From contig NC_043005.1 in assembly GCF_006345805.1 (NCBI RefSeq), forward strand, positions 72,788,001-72,852,000: 64,000 bases of DNA. The letters are read 5' to 3'. The DNA is from Octopus sinensis. Its lineage: Eukaryota. A model generated the notes under the pieces. That model made no database searches. It was not told the DNA's origin and saw nothing but the letters and a program-made list of their open reading frames with translations. Shown here one piece after another: positions 49,570 to 62,975 of this stretch. Within the stretch, counting starts at the first letter, position 1. Every line of letters starts with the position of its first letter. The translations under genes and the position numbers were made by a program.

Positions 49570-49729
49570 GCTGGTCCCGCAATTGTACGTAGTTAGAGCC
49601 TCACCTCGCCCATGGTGGACAGATGTTAATGTGTGGGCAAATGTGTGTTAATGTGTAGCCATACTGTTCCAGCATGGACAGTATGGGATGAATGTGAAAA
49701 CTGTGTGTCATGAAATGAAACAGATGTAT

Positions 49730-50130
49730 TGGAAGAAGAAGAAGAAGAAGAAGAAGGAGAAGGAGAAAAAGGAGAAGAGAAGAAGGAGAAGAAGAAGGAG
49801 AAGGAGAAAAATGAGGAGGAGAAGAAGAAGAAGAAGAAGAAGAAGAAGAAGAAGAAGAGAAGAAGGAGAAGAAGAAGAAAAAGGAGAGGAAGAGGAATAT
49901 GGAGAAGAAGAAGAAAAAGGAGAGGAAGAAGGAGAAAAAGAAGAAAAAGGAGAAGAAGAAGGTGAAAAAGAAGAAGGAGGAGAAGAAGAAGAAGAAGAAG
50001 AAGAAGAAGAAGAAGAAGAAGATGAAGAAGATACAGTCAATGTATTGGTAGTTGCTGGAGTTAAAGAGTGTGAGAGAAGGAGGGGGAAGAGGAGGAGAGG
50101 ATGAGGGCAAGATGATGATGATGATGATGA
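49730..50130. repeat. (GAA)n/(GGA)n polypurine tract
   Basis: Direct reading. Confidence 0.95.
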
Positions 50131-50634
50131 CTGTTATATTTGCTTTTGCTTTTATCTTGGTTGGATTGCATTGTATAAAATGCGGAAATTTGAACCGTAC
50201 GGGACTCCTTCCTCTAAAATGAAATGGAGAAGACCTAAATAACTGGAAAAGCGAGAAGACCAAATCGGAAAAAGAAATAAGGGAGATGATTCTGTTCGGT
50301 TTCTTGATTAGGTTCATCAGACTTATTTCCCTTTAAAAATTCGCTATGTTCTGCATTGTCAAAAATCAGATCAATAAAGATTTCATACATTCACTATTCT
50401 TCGGCAAAAGTGAGAACCAGCGTGTGTGCCTCAACGTAGTCATTCGACTTGCTAGAAATAGCTACCAAATCTTCTCCAAAACACCGCTTTTTTAAAAAAG
50501 AAATGGTTTGCCCACTAAAATTAAGAGTCGGCTGTGGCTGATATCAACATGGAAAATTATTTGAAAAAACATTCTAGTGAAAATTTGAAATAATTCAACC
50601 AATTGGATGAATTTTAAAAAGATCCCGGTACTTT

Positions 50635-51000
50635 TTGACTGCGGCCATGCTGGAGCACCGCCTTTAGTCGAGCAAATCGACCTCAGGACTTATTCTTTGT
50701 AAGCCTAGTACTTATTCTATGGGTCTCTTTTTGCCGAACCGCTAAGTTACGGGGACGTAAACATACCAGCATCGGTTGTCAAGCGATGTTGCGGGGGGGG
50801 GATAAACATAGATACACACACACACATATATATATGACGAGCTTCTTTCAGTTTCCGTTTGCCAAATCCACTCTACTAGGCTTTGGTCGGCCCGAGGCTA
50901 TAGTAGAAGAAATTTGCCCAAGGTGCCACGCAGAGAGACTGAACCCGGAATTATGTGGTTGGTAAGCAAGCTATTTACCACATAGCCACTCCTGCGCCTA
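50635..51000 (-). mobile_element. SINE A
   Basis: Full layout. Confidence 0.9.
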
Positions 51001-51517
51001 ATAACATTTTTATAACAAATCATACCATGCCTATTGAGGAGGCTAAACGTCAATAATGTGTTGAAGTATTGAATCTCTTGTCGCCACAAACCCAATTTTT
51101 TAATGGGGGTGAGGTAACCAAAATGTACCAAGATCCCGACTAACGCCTTCCCCTAAAATTGCAGGCCTTCTACTTAAATTAGAAACAATAATTTTACTGC
51201 TTTCAGCCATAGTGATGCATCGCATTTAAAGGTTTTGTCAATTATATCAACCTTACTACGTATTTCAGTACTTGTTTTATCGGTCTCTACGTGTCGAATC
51301 GCTAACTTCTTTGCATAAATAACCACACTATAAGGAACTTTGGCGTACACATAAAATGTGTCGACGCTCTTCCATCTATGCATGCATTCATTCATTCATT
51401 CATTTCCATTTGCCGAATTCTACTCATAAAGCATTTGTTAACACAAGACTTTATAATGAGAGGCAAGGTTCATGATATAGGATAAATATCACCTTCTCCT
51501 ATTAAAATTGTTCGTTG

Positions 51518-51917
51518 TGTTGTTTCAGGCTCCAGTAGGCGAGGAAAGAAGTCTTAAGTAAAAATGCAATTCACAACCAGTTTATTTAGAAGTTACACAG
51601 AATAGATGAAGTGTGTTTCTCTCAGTATACCAACTCAGGCTGTGTACGTTTCGTTGTATCTCAGTTAAAGCGACGTACGACATGCAGACAGGACTAGTCT
51701 GGAGACCCAGCCAGCGAAGTATGTTCAGCAAAGCGCTTGCGGTGAAGAAGATAGAATCTGTTTTGTTGGGCCCTTATATACAGTTTGCCATCGCGAGCCT
51801 CGTTGTGATCTCGCGCATGGCAAATGGATGCAGGTGAGGTCTCGCTCCAGTCTCTGAGATGGCAGTGGCTGCCGCTAGATCTCATCCAATATGGTACTGA
51901 CTGCTTGTGCCGCTACA
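51518..51917 (-). mobile_element. Probable solo LTR
   Basis: Minus strand TGT...ACA ends, TATATAAG at 51773-51780, AATAAA at 51581-51586, CpG-rich relative to flanks; no convincing TSD. Confidence 0.55.
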
Positions 51918-52029
51918 ACTTGAGGTAAGTTGCACAAAGTGCTGTGCAGTGGGAACCACGCGGTTGCAAAGCGATACTGCGATACAGATCAAACTATCAT
52001 TTATCTTTTAATTGTTTCAGTTATTTGTA

Positions 52030-52600
52030 AGGCGGCGAGCTGGCAGAAACGCTTGCACGCCTTTCGGGGTCGATAAATTAAGTACCAGTTGCACACTGGA
52101 GTCGATGTAATCGACTTAATCCCTTTGTCCCCTCTATGTTTAGACCCTTGTGGGCAATAAACAAATAAGAAACGTTAACACGCCGGGCAAAATTATTAGC
52201 TGTATTTCGACTTCTGAGTTCAAATTCTGCAGAGGTCGACTTTGCCTTTCATCCTTTCGGGGTTGATTAAATAAGTACCAGTTACGCACTGTGGTCGATA
52301 TAATCGACTTAATCCGTTTGTCTGTCCTTGTCTCTCCTCTCTGTGTTTAGCCCTTTGTGGGTAGTAAAGAAATAGGTATTACGTCTGCCGTTATAAGGCG
52401 GCGAGCTGGTAGAAGTGTTAGCACGCCGGACGAAATGCTTAGCGCTATTTCGTCTGTCTTTATGTTCAGAGTTCAAATTCCGCCGAGGTCGACTTTGCCT
52501 TTCATCCTTTTGGGGTCGATAAATTAAGTACCAGTTGCGTACTGGGGTCGATGTAATCAACTGGCTCCCTTCCCCAAAATTTCGAGCCTGAATTGTTTCA
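52030..52600 (+). mobile_element. Tandem SINE B multimer
   Basis: Three consecutive partial or full B bodies. Confidence 0.85.
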
Positions 52601-53869
52601 GTCATTAGACTGCGGCCAAGCTGGTGCACCACCGTGAAGGGCTTTTTAGTCAAACAAATCGACCACAGTACTTATTTTTCTAAGCTTGGTGCTTATTCTG
52701 TCGGTCTCTTCTGCCGAGCTGCTACGTCACAGGGACATACACAAAGCAACATCGCTCGTCAAGCGGTGATAGGGGACACACATACACATATATGTACGAT
52801 GGGCTTCTTTCAATCTCCGTCTTCCGAATCCACTCGCAAGGCTTTGGTCAGCCCAGGGCTGTAGCAGAAGACAATTGTTTAAGGTGTCACACTGTGGAAC
52901 TGAATACCTACGCTAAACTCTGCCTTTCAATAAAATAAACAGCTAGTAAATTATTGGGTCAAGCGGTAGTGGGAGGCACACATATATATGATGGGCCTCT
53001 TTCAGTTTTCCAACTCCCACTAACTAAAATTTGCTAACCTTGTGTAGTTAGTTCACTCACACACCTCTAAGCCAATAACGGAGCCTCTGCATGGTCTATG
53101 TATCTGCTAGAAATAGCAACCAAAGGTGGGTTATTCTATTCATAAGTGTATTTGTAGGTTGTTCTTGCTGTATTACCTCAGGTTAATTGAGTGATAAGAT
53201 TTATGACGAAAAGTACTACAACCACAAACATTTCGTTTTTGATGAGGAAAATAAGATTCCATTATGCAATTTGTCATTTCTTTTTCCCTATTTGTGATTT
53301 GAGGACGAATTGGCTGCTATCTTTTGTAGGTTAAGTGACCATATAAAGACCCCACCACCACCACCACCACCACCACCACCTTATACTACGTTTCGGGTTC
53401 GTTTCTCAGTAGGAGAAGAGTTGAGAATATAGTTGGAAAATTGCTATTGTTTACTCTCAGGTTACTTATGAGTGAATAGCCTAATACTCAAAGACATTCC
53501 ATTTATGCCACTCACGACTGTTTCAGTAGATGGTACCATATTATCCACTGTGTGGTTTGAGGCAAATTTGGTCGCTACATTTAGCAGATCGATCGACCGC
53601 AGAGAGGGTTCCTCGGCGACCCGTGTATTTCTATATACAGGGAAGAAGTGCATGTTGTACTGTGAAATGAAATAGAGAACAGAAGGAATACTGAAGTGAT
53701 GAATCTTGTGTAATAGGATGAAATAGATACAAGAGTATCTCTTTGTATAGCGAAGATGTGTATTTTGTATTGTGGGATGAAAAAGATGCTGTAATGTACC
53801 AGCTTGCATATTGAAAAGGTTTATGGTGTACTGTAGAATGAAATAGAGGATATTGCAGTGTATTCATAT

Positions 53870-54274
53870 GTAGGAGTGGCTGTGTGGTAAGTAGCTTGCT
53901 AACCAACTACATGGTTCTGGGTTCAGTCCCCCTGCGTGGCATCTTGGGCAAGTGTCTTCTGCTATAGCCCCGGGCTGACCAATGCCTTGTGAGTGGATTT
54001 GGTAAACGGAAACTGAAAGAAGCCCGTCGTATATATGTATATATATGTATATGTATGTGTGTTTGTGTTTGGCCCCCCCTAGCATTGCTTGACAACCGAT
54101 GCTGGTGTGTTTACGTCCCCGTCACTTAGCGGTTCGGCAAAAGAGACCGATAGAATAAGTACTGGGCTTTACAAAGAATAAGTCCCGGTGTCGATTTGCT
54201 CGACTAAAGGCGGTGCTCCAGCATGGCCGCAGTCGAATGACTGAAACAAGTAAAAGAGTAAAAGAGTAAAGAGT
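53870..54274 (+). mobile_element. SINE A (young, near consensus)
   Basis: Full layout with CpGs retained. Confidence 0.92.
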
Positions 54275-54511
54275 ATATTGGTTTCAAACTTTGCCACAAG
54301 GTCAGCAATTTCGGGGGAAGGAGTAAGTCGATTACATCAATCCCAGTGCCTGTTACTCCTTCCTCACCATCTTCGTTGCTTAATCTCTACCATTTTTTCT
54401 TTGTTTCTTGTTTATGTAATTCATTCTTTTTTTCTCCATAATTTATTATTATTATTATTTTTTTTTATATTTAAAAATTTTTTGTCTTTTCTTGTAAAAA
54501 AATATATTGCT

Positions 54512-54907
54512 AAACTAGCAGTATCGCCCGGCGTTGCTCGGGTTTGTTTCGACCCTTTAGAATTGAAATTTTTGAAAAGTAAAAATTTTGCATTATATAG
54601 CTTGTTATTATCTTTAAGTGAACAATTTTCTGGTTGAATTATACCGAAAAATGGTGACACAGCAGTGAAAAAATCGTAAAAAAATAGTGTTTTTCATAGA
54701 AAAAAAGCACCTTTTTGATGTAAATAATTTTTGGTGTTAACATAGTCCGATTTGAATTTTTTTCTTCTACGGAAGGAAGAGCAAGCCTTCTTCTATCATA
54801 CTCTCAATTTTGGTCAACTTGCGCCTCAGGGTCTCGGAGGAGATAGTGTTAGTTGAAGGCTACCAAACCTGCCATACACAGACAACTTCAGCTTTACATA
54901 AATCTAG
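54512..54907 (+). mobile_element. Non-autonomous Helitron/DINE-like element
   Basis: 5' ACTAG followed by hairpin CCCGGCGTTGCTCGGG; 3' ...CAGACAACTTCAGCTTTACATA. Family inferred from the end motifs. Confidence 0.55.
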
Positions 54908-55370
54908 CCTTAAAAAAAATAGAAGGTATTTATGTCAAGAAACATAACTATAGCAGTATATTTTGCAGAGTTATTTCCCTTGAAATCATATTCGTGAATA
55001 GCGAACAAGACGTCAACTATCTTTTTGTTTAGCGCACAAATCTCCATCAAATCAGTTACAGCCATCTTCATTAAAATTTTTTGTTATACATACAGTATGT
55101 TTAAAAAATCACACTGGATGATCACCATTGGAATGTTTTTCACAATAAGTCTGCTGGATGAAAGCTGAGTAAGGATTAAAGAATAACAACTTAGCAATGC
55201 ACGTATTACTGTGTTACCGTTGTGTCAATCTGTTTGCCTGTCTGTCTGCCTACCTACGTACATGTCTTTTCGTCCTCTGTCTCACACTTTCTTTGTGTGT
55301 GTGCGTGTGTAAATACATGCACATTTATATTTACACACATATGTACGTGTATATCTATCTGTCTGTCTGC

Positions 55371-55404
<34 letters not shown>

Positions 55405-55434
55405 GTCTGTCTGTCTGTCTGTCTGTCTGCCTGT

Positions 55435-55477
<43 letters not shown>

Positions 55478-55480
55478 CCC

Positions 55481-55515
<35 letters not shown>

Positions 55516-55810
55516 CGTCCGTCCGTCTGTCTGTCTGTCTGTCTGTCTATACACATACACACACACTTACACACACACACACACACGCATATCTGCACGT
55601 ACATGCACGTATGTGTGTTATGTAAGTATATATGTAAGCATGCATTTATGTATGCTTATATACACATTTGTATAGACAACATGTCTAAGTAGTTGAAATG
55701 CTTGTTTCGTAAAGTCATGGTTCTCAGTTCGATCCAACTGTACATCGTTTTCGAGATGTAACTTTTATCATAGCCTCTAGTTGACCAATGCCTTGTGACA
55801 GAAACTATGA

Positions 55811-56224
55811 GGCAGCGAGCTGGCAGAAACGTTAGCACGCCGGGCGAAATGCTTAGCGGTGTTTCGTCTGCCGTTACGTTCTGAGTTCAAATTCCGCCGA
55901 GGTCGACTTTGCCTTTCATCCTCTCGGGGTCGATAAATTAAGTACCAGTTACGCACTGGGGTCGGTATAATCGACTTAATCCGTTTGTCTGTCCTTGTTT
56001 GTCCCCTCTGTGTTTAGCCTCTTGTGGGTTGTAAAGAAATAGGTATTTCATCTGCCGCTACGTTCTGAGTTCAAATTCCGCCGAGGTCAACTTTGCCTTT
56101 CATCCTTTCGGGGTCGATAAATTAAGTACCAGTTACGCACTGGATCGATGTAATCGGCTTAATACCATTGTCTGTCCTTGTTTGTCCCCTCTATGTTTAG
56201 CCCCTTGTGGGTAATAAAGAAATA
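55811..56224 (+). mobile_element. Tandem SINE B dimer inserted in a SINE A remnant
   Basis: Second unit starts at the internal GTATTTC (56043); AGAAACT on both flanks (55800, 56225). Confidence 0.9.
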
Positions 56225-57649
56225 AGAAACTGAGAAAACCTGTACCCATGTGCGCACACACACATACATACATACTACATACATACATACATACATAGAT
56301 TTATACCGGGCATGAGTATGTATGTATGTACGTATGTATGTATGTATGTATGTGTGTGTGTATTTATGTATGTATGTATGTATGTATGTATGTATGTATG
56401 CATGTATGTATGTATGCATGTATGCTTGCTTGGGTGGCATATTTCTTTTCAACAAATAGCGCATGTCGGCGTAATTGTTCCTCTGAAAAATATGAGAATG
56501 TTGGATATTTCTTGCCTCAATACTCTTTAAGTCACTTCAAATAGCATATCGAGGGATCTTCCGTAGACTTTCTGTAGATCTGGTATATGTCTAGGTTCAT
56601 TTCAAAAGTTCACTGGAATTTTTATCGATAATACCGAGATCGGCAATCACTAACACAGGGTTCTTTCGTCGCCATTGTGTATTTATAGTAAATTTTCTAC
56701 GTAGTTTGTATTTCACTGTTTGATTACTGCTCCGGGGATAAAAAAAAAAGAAAAAGAACGAGAAAAAGAGGTTGCTTCTTTGCATTTACTCAAAGAAATG
56801 CTATTTTTCTTACCAGGCTCGTATAAATGGAAAAAAATTATGAGGATAATATTCATTATACGGGAGAATGAACAGTCAACTATGCTGTTGTGTTTGTATT
56901 CGACGCCATATCTTGGATGGATGGATGGATTTGTGTGTGTGTGTGTGTATCTATTTACATTAATAGCTAAATTGTTTTTTGCAGTGGTTTTAAAACACGT
57001 CTTGTGTTTATGCTATGTTCCGTAACTCAGTGATCAAACATACAGATATTGATAAAATAAATACAAGAAGAAAATAAATGTTGTCAATAGATCTACTAAA
57101 GGCCCTCTAGAAGGCGGTGCCCCAGTATGGCCGCAGACTAATTTGTAGAACCACCGTAATTTCAAAAGAATAAACGAATGTACACGTACGTGACTACATT
57201 TACCATTCTCCAAGAGTAGCATCATTAATTAGGTGAATATCACAAATAATAACGTTCTCCATATTTCTGTAGATTAAGATGAGTATGTTAGTCGGTTACA
57301 GTGATTGCGGTACTTCATTGGTCCTTTATTTTATTGAACCCGAGGGTGGAGAATGGGAGAAGGGTGAAGTTGACTATAAATTTTGATAATTGATTAATCC
57401 GGCATCAAAATGGTATTTTCTGTTATACTCATATCTAGTTGTTTTGCTAGATTCTTGATCTGAAATCGTGTGTTGAAACAAATATTGTTATATTTGGAGA
57501 TGGTCATTATGCCAATAAACACATGTCCTATTTATTTGGTCTTTATTAGTATTATTAGCTTATTTGTCAGAGCTCTTTCGTAACATATTCTGCAACCTCT
57601 TCAATGACTACCTGTTTTTTTTGTGTCTCCTTTTCCCTCTGGTCTTGTC

Positions 57650-58581
57650 CTAGCCAGGATTTCTCCTAAATTTAAGGAACATCAACACAATATCGAGTAA
57701 ATAGTATTACTTCCATCTTACATCTCTGTATTCTGTCCTTGTCTAAAGGATTCTTTGTGGAGTTTTGTAAATTTTCTCGAATAGATGATATTACCGATCT
57801 AATGTACTCAAATGCTGAATTTCTGAATCTAGAATGAGATATCTTTCTTAGAAATAGCTAGAAAGTCTTATACTTTATTGAATTTGAAAGTTATTTTATT
57901 ACCAATAAATGCAACATACAGGTTTTGGTTTTGAACAAAGAACTCATTCTTTATCTGCCCGAATATATTTCACAAGCATCTCTTCATATTAATCGTTCTA
58001 TAACAATTTACTAGCTCCAGAAATTCGCGAGGTTTGCTTCATTTCTAAATATCTGCCGTAGATCGTTATTATAAATAATTTCTTCCTAATCATAAATTAT
58101 ATTACATAGCAGCTTCTTTTCGTTCAAGTTGGCTAAATCCTCGGACTCATAACTGTTTAGCAATATCATTAGTGGATGATATAAACAATACTGGAACACA
58201 TTTCAGTTCTAGCACTGTGCCAAATTGCTTAAACGATATCCTTAAAACCTTGTCTACCTCAAATAGACAGTTTAGCAGACCCTTAGTTCTAAAGAAATTG
58301 TGACTGACTAAATCTGAGCATATATTGCCTTTATCGGAAGTGAATCTTGCATACATTTTGTCGGTAGTGTTTGTAGGTATTTCCATTGCTCTCTGTATCA
58401 CAGGCTTCGAGAAATACGATTCTTTAAAGGCATCAATGGTACTTCTAAGGTTGTCTTCAATAAGAATTTTTATTTCAATTACTTCCAATTGAAATCAGAG
58501 TCATTATCAACGGATTCTTGTAGTTTCATCTTACGCTTGTGTTGTTGGAGAGATGTTCCAACGTAGCCTCAGCTATGATAC
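57650..58581 (-). pseudogene. Decayed coding exon of unknown family (copy X)
   Basis: Acceptor-like TTTTTGTAG at 58582; 113-aa open stretch plus protein-like continuation with stops and frameshifts; homologous to 60340-61283. Confidence 0.45.
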
Positions 58582-58954
58582 CTACAAAAATCTAAAGAAC
58601 TGTGAACTCCTTTAGTTTTTGTATTATAAATGTCTTATGATTAATATTTCAGACATTACACTTCATCTGACAACTGAAAAATATCATTGCTAAAGATAAA
58701 TAAATAGATACATTTTTAAAATAATGAATAAATAGAATAATATAAAATGCATGAAAATAAAAGATAAACGCTAAACGTGACATCAATTTACATATAGATG
58801 AACTACAGTTAATTTCAACTATAATTGAGAAGTTGGTAGACTGTATAAGTAAATTTTCCTATCTAGCTGCACAAGAGAAAGATTTTCAAAGAGGTTGCCC
58901 CTATAACAACCACACATTAACAAGAAGTGGTTTTAATGAAAAACTAATATACAT

Positions 58955-59337
58955 GTGGAGGCGCAATGGCCTAGTGGTTAGGGCAGCGGACTTGCGGTCG
59001 TAGGATCGCGGTTTCAATTCCCAGACCGGGCGTTGTGAGTGTTTATTGAGCAAAAACACCTAGAGTTTCACGAGGCTCCGGCAGGGGGTGGTCGCGAACC
59101 ATGCTGTACTCTTTCACCACAGATTTCTCTCACTCTTTCTTCCTGTTTCTGTTGTACCTGTATTTCAAAGGGCCAGCCTTGTCACACTCTGTGTCACGCT
59201 GAATCTCTCTGAGGACTACGTTAAGTTTACACGTGTCTGTGGAGTGCTCAGCCACTTGCACGTTAATTTCACGAGCAGGCTGTTCCGTTGATTGGATCAA
59301 CTGGAACCCTCGTCGTCGTAACCGACGGAGTGCCACG
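58955..59337 (+). mobile_element. SINE C (head 2, tail X)
   Basis: Head as at 6484, tail as at 5250-5440. Confidence 0.85.
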
Positions 59338-59559
59338 AATATACAAGGAATAACTTCAATACTACAGCGGAACCCTCCGCAAAAAAGGAATAAAATTTAG
59401 TCTAGTCCATCATTCAACATGAAGACAGCTACAAATATAATCAGTGATTCTTTTTCCAATAGTATGATCTGATTTTCCAGCTACTCATAAATAAAAAACT
59501 TTTTAACACTAGTAACATTAAAGTGATCTATTCTTGTCTTGATAATATAACTTTCCACA

Positions 59560-59790
59560 TCAACAATACAATAGTGTAATACATGGAAAAAGAAATCCTC
59601 ATTAGCTTCCTGATGCACTTGCTTTTCCTGGCCTCTTGTGCCATCGAAAAATATTCGCTCGACTCACAAAATTCTATACATAAGCAGTTAGGGCCATTTC
59701 ATAAGCTTCTGTAGCATTTTGCTCAGTTTAACACAACTTCATTGCATAATAAGCTCTCAAATTTTCTTCACTTCCCGACTACATTCTGTA
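59560..59790 (-). mobile_element. Mariner N-terminal HTH remnant
   Basis: Across a frameshift reads AMKLC-VKL..NATEAYEM..TAY...VSRANIFRWHK; no TIR found. Confidence 0.5.
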
Positions 59791-60339
59791 AACGAGTCAG
59801 CTGTGACAATCAGTGTTTAGCAGAATGTGTTCGAAGTGTGGTTACAGTAATCTCCTTTAATCTGGAATAACAAAGGTTTGCACGTCCGCTAATTAGGTGT
59901 ATAGTAATGATAAACTATAATTACAATAATCTAGGACAGTTGTAACTGCCTCTCTAAAAAAAATCTCAAAACTTCTGGAATGCATCTTGTATGTTTATAC
60001 GTATGTCTATATGTATATTTATTTACATGTGTATTAGACGATTTAGTGCCAATGATGTAACTAGACACAAATTACGAAACAGCTGTCTACTCTTCATACG
60101 GAGTAAACATCTCTTCTCACACTTCTCTTATTTGGTTAATTACACACACACACACACACACACGCACACACATATACCATATACTTCCACTTGGTTTTCG
60201 GCTATCAAATTTACTCATAAAGCATTGCTCGGTTGGGGCTATAGCGGAAATACACTCATCCACGACGCCATGCATTGAGATTCAACCCGAAGCACGCAGT
60301 TGGAAAGCAAGCTACTTAACCACTCAGTCATGTCTGATT

Positions 60340-61283
60340 ATATTTCTCAAATATTATGTTCCAATCATGAAAATTATATGAGCATGTTACACTGATTGAG
60401 GTAAGATGAAGAAATTGCTCAACGTGCAAATTACACTTCGGAACATCAATCTTCTTAATGTTAACGTCTGCAACAAAGACTTTAAGCTTCTTTGATAGAA
60501 TGTCGCCGTCTGAATATCTTTGAATAAATATCTCATTTATCAAAGCTATATATATATTATTATTTTCTCTCTCTTAGATTATCCTATAATCACTAGTTAC
60601 TTCACTCTCTCTTTCTCTCCCTCTTCCCCATCATCTCTCTCTCTTTATCATGAAAATAGAAATCTAAGCATTCTTCTCTTGGACAAGTTTCGTTTTCAGT
60701 AACCGGAGCAACCAAAACTCGTTCTCTAGTTTTTATTCCGTTTAGATCGATGAAGTTAATACAGAACCAGAGACGTTTAATTATCTTGGATATATTTCAC
60801 CAGTTTCTATTCTCACCATTTTAATACACCATAACTATTTAGAGACCCCTGCTTGTTTTTTTTTTTTTGCTTTGCATTTCTTAATTCAGCCTCTAATCAG
60901 TCGTTACGGATCATTTCCTCAGCGTTCGACATAATCACAACGTACAGCTTCTTTCGTTTATAAGTTGGCTAAATGCTTTAACTCATACACCATATATCGA
61001 TAGATAAGTGTGTGATGTTGGTATTACTTCAACATTTTTTCCCTTTAAATTTAACGATATAACAAATCCTGTTATCCTATAATCCATATGGTGTAGAAAT
61101 GTTTATTCCTGTTTCGGCAAAGAAAATATTATCTACAAACTCAGAAAGAATATTCATGCATTATCTGTAACTACGAAGTGTTAACAGATCGCCATCGTCT
61201 ACAAACCCTTCGACTTGTCATTACTATCCTAAGTTTACAATTCATGGTTTAGTCAGAGCCGGAAGGTAGCAGCTTTGAATTTT
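60340..61283 (-). pseudogene. Decayed coding exon of unknown family (copy Y)
   Basis: Acceptor-like TTCCCATCAG at 61284; MNILSEFVDNIFFAETG aligns with GNICSDLVSHNFFRTKG of copy X. Confidence 0.45.
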
Positions 61284-62134
61284 CTGATGGGAATATAATA
61301 ATCTTTCTAATTTTGGCACAAGGCCAGCAATTTAGGGGAGTCGGGTAAGTCATTTACATTGACCCCAGTGGCTCAAATGGTTCTTATTTTATCGACCCCG
61401 AAATGATTAAACGCAAAGTCGACCTCGGTGGAATCTTAAACCAGGACTTAAAGAGGGGCGATATGCCGCCAAGCATTTTATCCGGCGCGTTATTGATTCA
61501 GCCATCCCGTAGCATTTGTTGAGAACATTATATATTGGTTTCAAATTTTTGGCACAGAGCCATCAATTTCGGTGGGAGGGAATAAGACGATTACGTCGAC
61601 TCTGTGCTTAATTGATATTTATTTTATCAACCCTGAAGAATGAAAAGCAAAATCGACCTCGTCGGAATTTGAACTCAGAGCATAAAGACTTAGAAAATAC
61701 CGCTGAGTATTTTGCTAACGATTCTTCCACGTCGCCACTTTTGTTTGGAACAATATATATTAAGATATCAAGCTAGCCCAGGATAAGTCCAAGTATTTAC
61801 AACAGAGTAGGCACCGCCAAAGATACCCGAATGTCGTGTATTGGTATTAAATGGAGTGATGTAATTAGCTTTGCTTGGTAATTAATTTTCCTTGTAGGGT
61901 AGCTAGGAGAGAGAGAGAGAGAGAGCGAGGGGGTGGTCCGTCTGGGCGACGCTTTTTATAATTGATTAACCCATCATCAAAATGGTATCTTCTATAATAC
62001 TTATCTATTTGTTTTGCTAGATTTTTTGATGTGAAATCGTGTTTTGAAACAAGTATTGTTATTTTTGGAGATGGTCATTATGCCAATAAACAACGTCGTA
62101 TTTATTTAGCCTGGTCTTTATTAATATTATTTGT

Positions 62135-62365
62135 TTCTTTATTACCCACAAGGGGCTAAACGTAGAGGGGACAAACAAGGACAGACAAAGAGATTAAGTC
62201 GATTACATCGACCCCAGTGCGTAACTGGTACTTGATTTATCGACCCCGAAAGGATGAAAGGCAAAGTCAACCTCGGCGGAATTTGAACTCAGAAAGTAAC
62301 GGCAGACGAAAAAAAGGCTACGCATTTCGCCCGGCGTGCTAACGTTTCTGCCAGCTCGCCGCCTT
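62135..62365 (-). mobile_element. SINE B
   Basis: Family match; imperfect ~17-bp TSD. Confidence 0.9.
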
Positions 62366-62464
62366 TCTTTGTTAGTATTATTAGCTTACTTGTCAACCCG
62401 TGCCGACCCGTGGAGTGGGGCTGTAAACTCAAGTGCTACCCAGGGCAGCCTTCACTAGCTACAC

Positions 62465-62735
62465 CAGAGGGCCTCAACTGGTGGTGGGGTGCTGTAGGGC
62501 TTATGATCTCTGAGTGTCCAAAGAAGATTTTGTTGTTAAAATTATCTGCAATAAATTGGTTAAATTTCAGCAATACATAATATATTCTGAGAGCTTTAGC
62601 TTTTAATTACAATTCCTAATAATGTTTGATTATAAAAATATAAGGTTTTTTAAAACATCGAATGGTTATGAGAGTCCATCAGACTAGAATAAGAATCATA
62701 GGGGCTCAAAGATAAAAACTGATTGAGAAACCCTG
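62465..62735. mobile_element. hAT(Charlie)-like MITE; related 5' end again at 62807
   Basis: Degenerate CAGTGGTTCTCAACC-type ends; shared AAGATTTTGTTGTTAAAATT block at ~62524 and ~62873. Confidence 0.45.
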
Positions 62736-62975
62736 ATCTACGCCATTGTATCCCCACGCCCTCTCACTACTTTCCACAACAATACCAGACATCAAAGATA
62801 TTAGATCAATGGTTATCAACAGGGGGGTTCTTATGGCGCTTAGGAGCCCATATGGCCCTTGGGGATCCATATAAGATTTTGTTGTTAAAATTCAAGTGCA
62901 ATAGATTGGTTATAGTTCCACAATGTACAAACTATTTCAACAATTTTTTATACAATTTCAATTTTTTTTTACATT

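Noticed and set aside
49601-50317. 238-aa minus-strand ORF
   Set aside because: Mostly the translation of the (GAA)n tract; the unique N-terminal part has no recognisable motif.
53655-53850. Four spaced TGTAYTGT...ATGAAATAG repeats resembling a CRISPR array
   Set aside because: Degenerate repeats with irregular related spacers, eukaryotic context, no cas genes; a decayed minisatellite.
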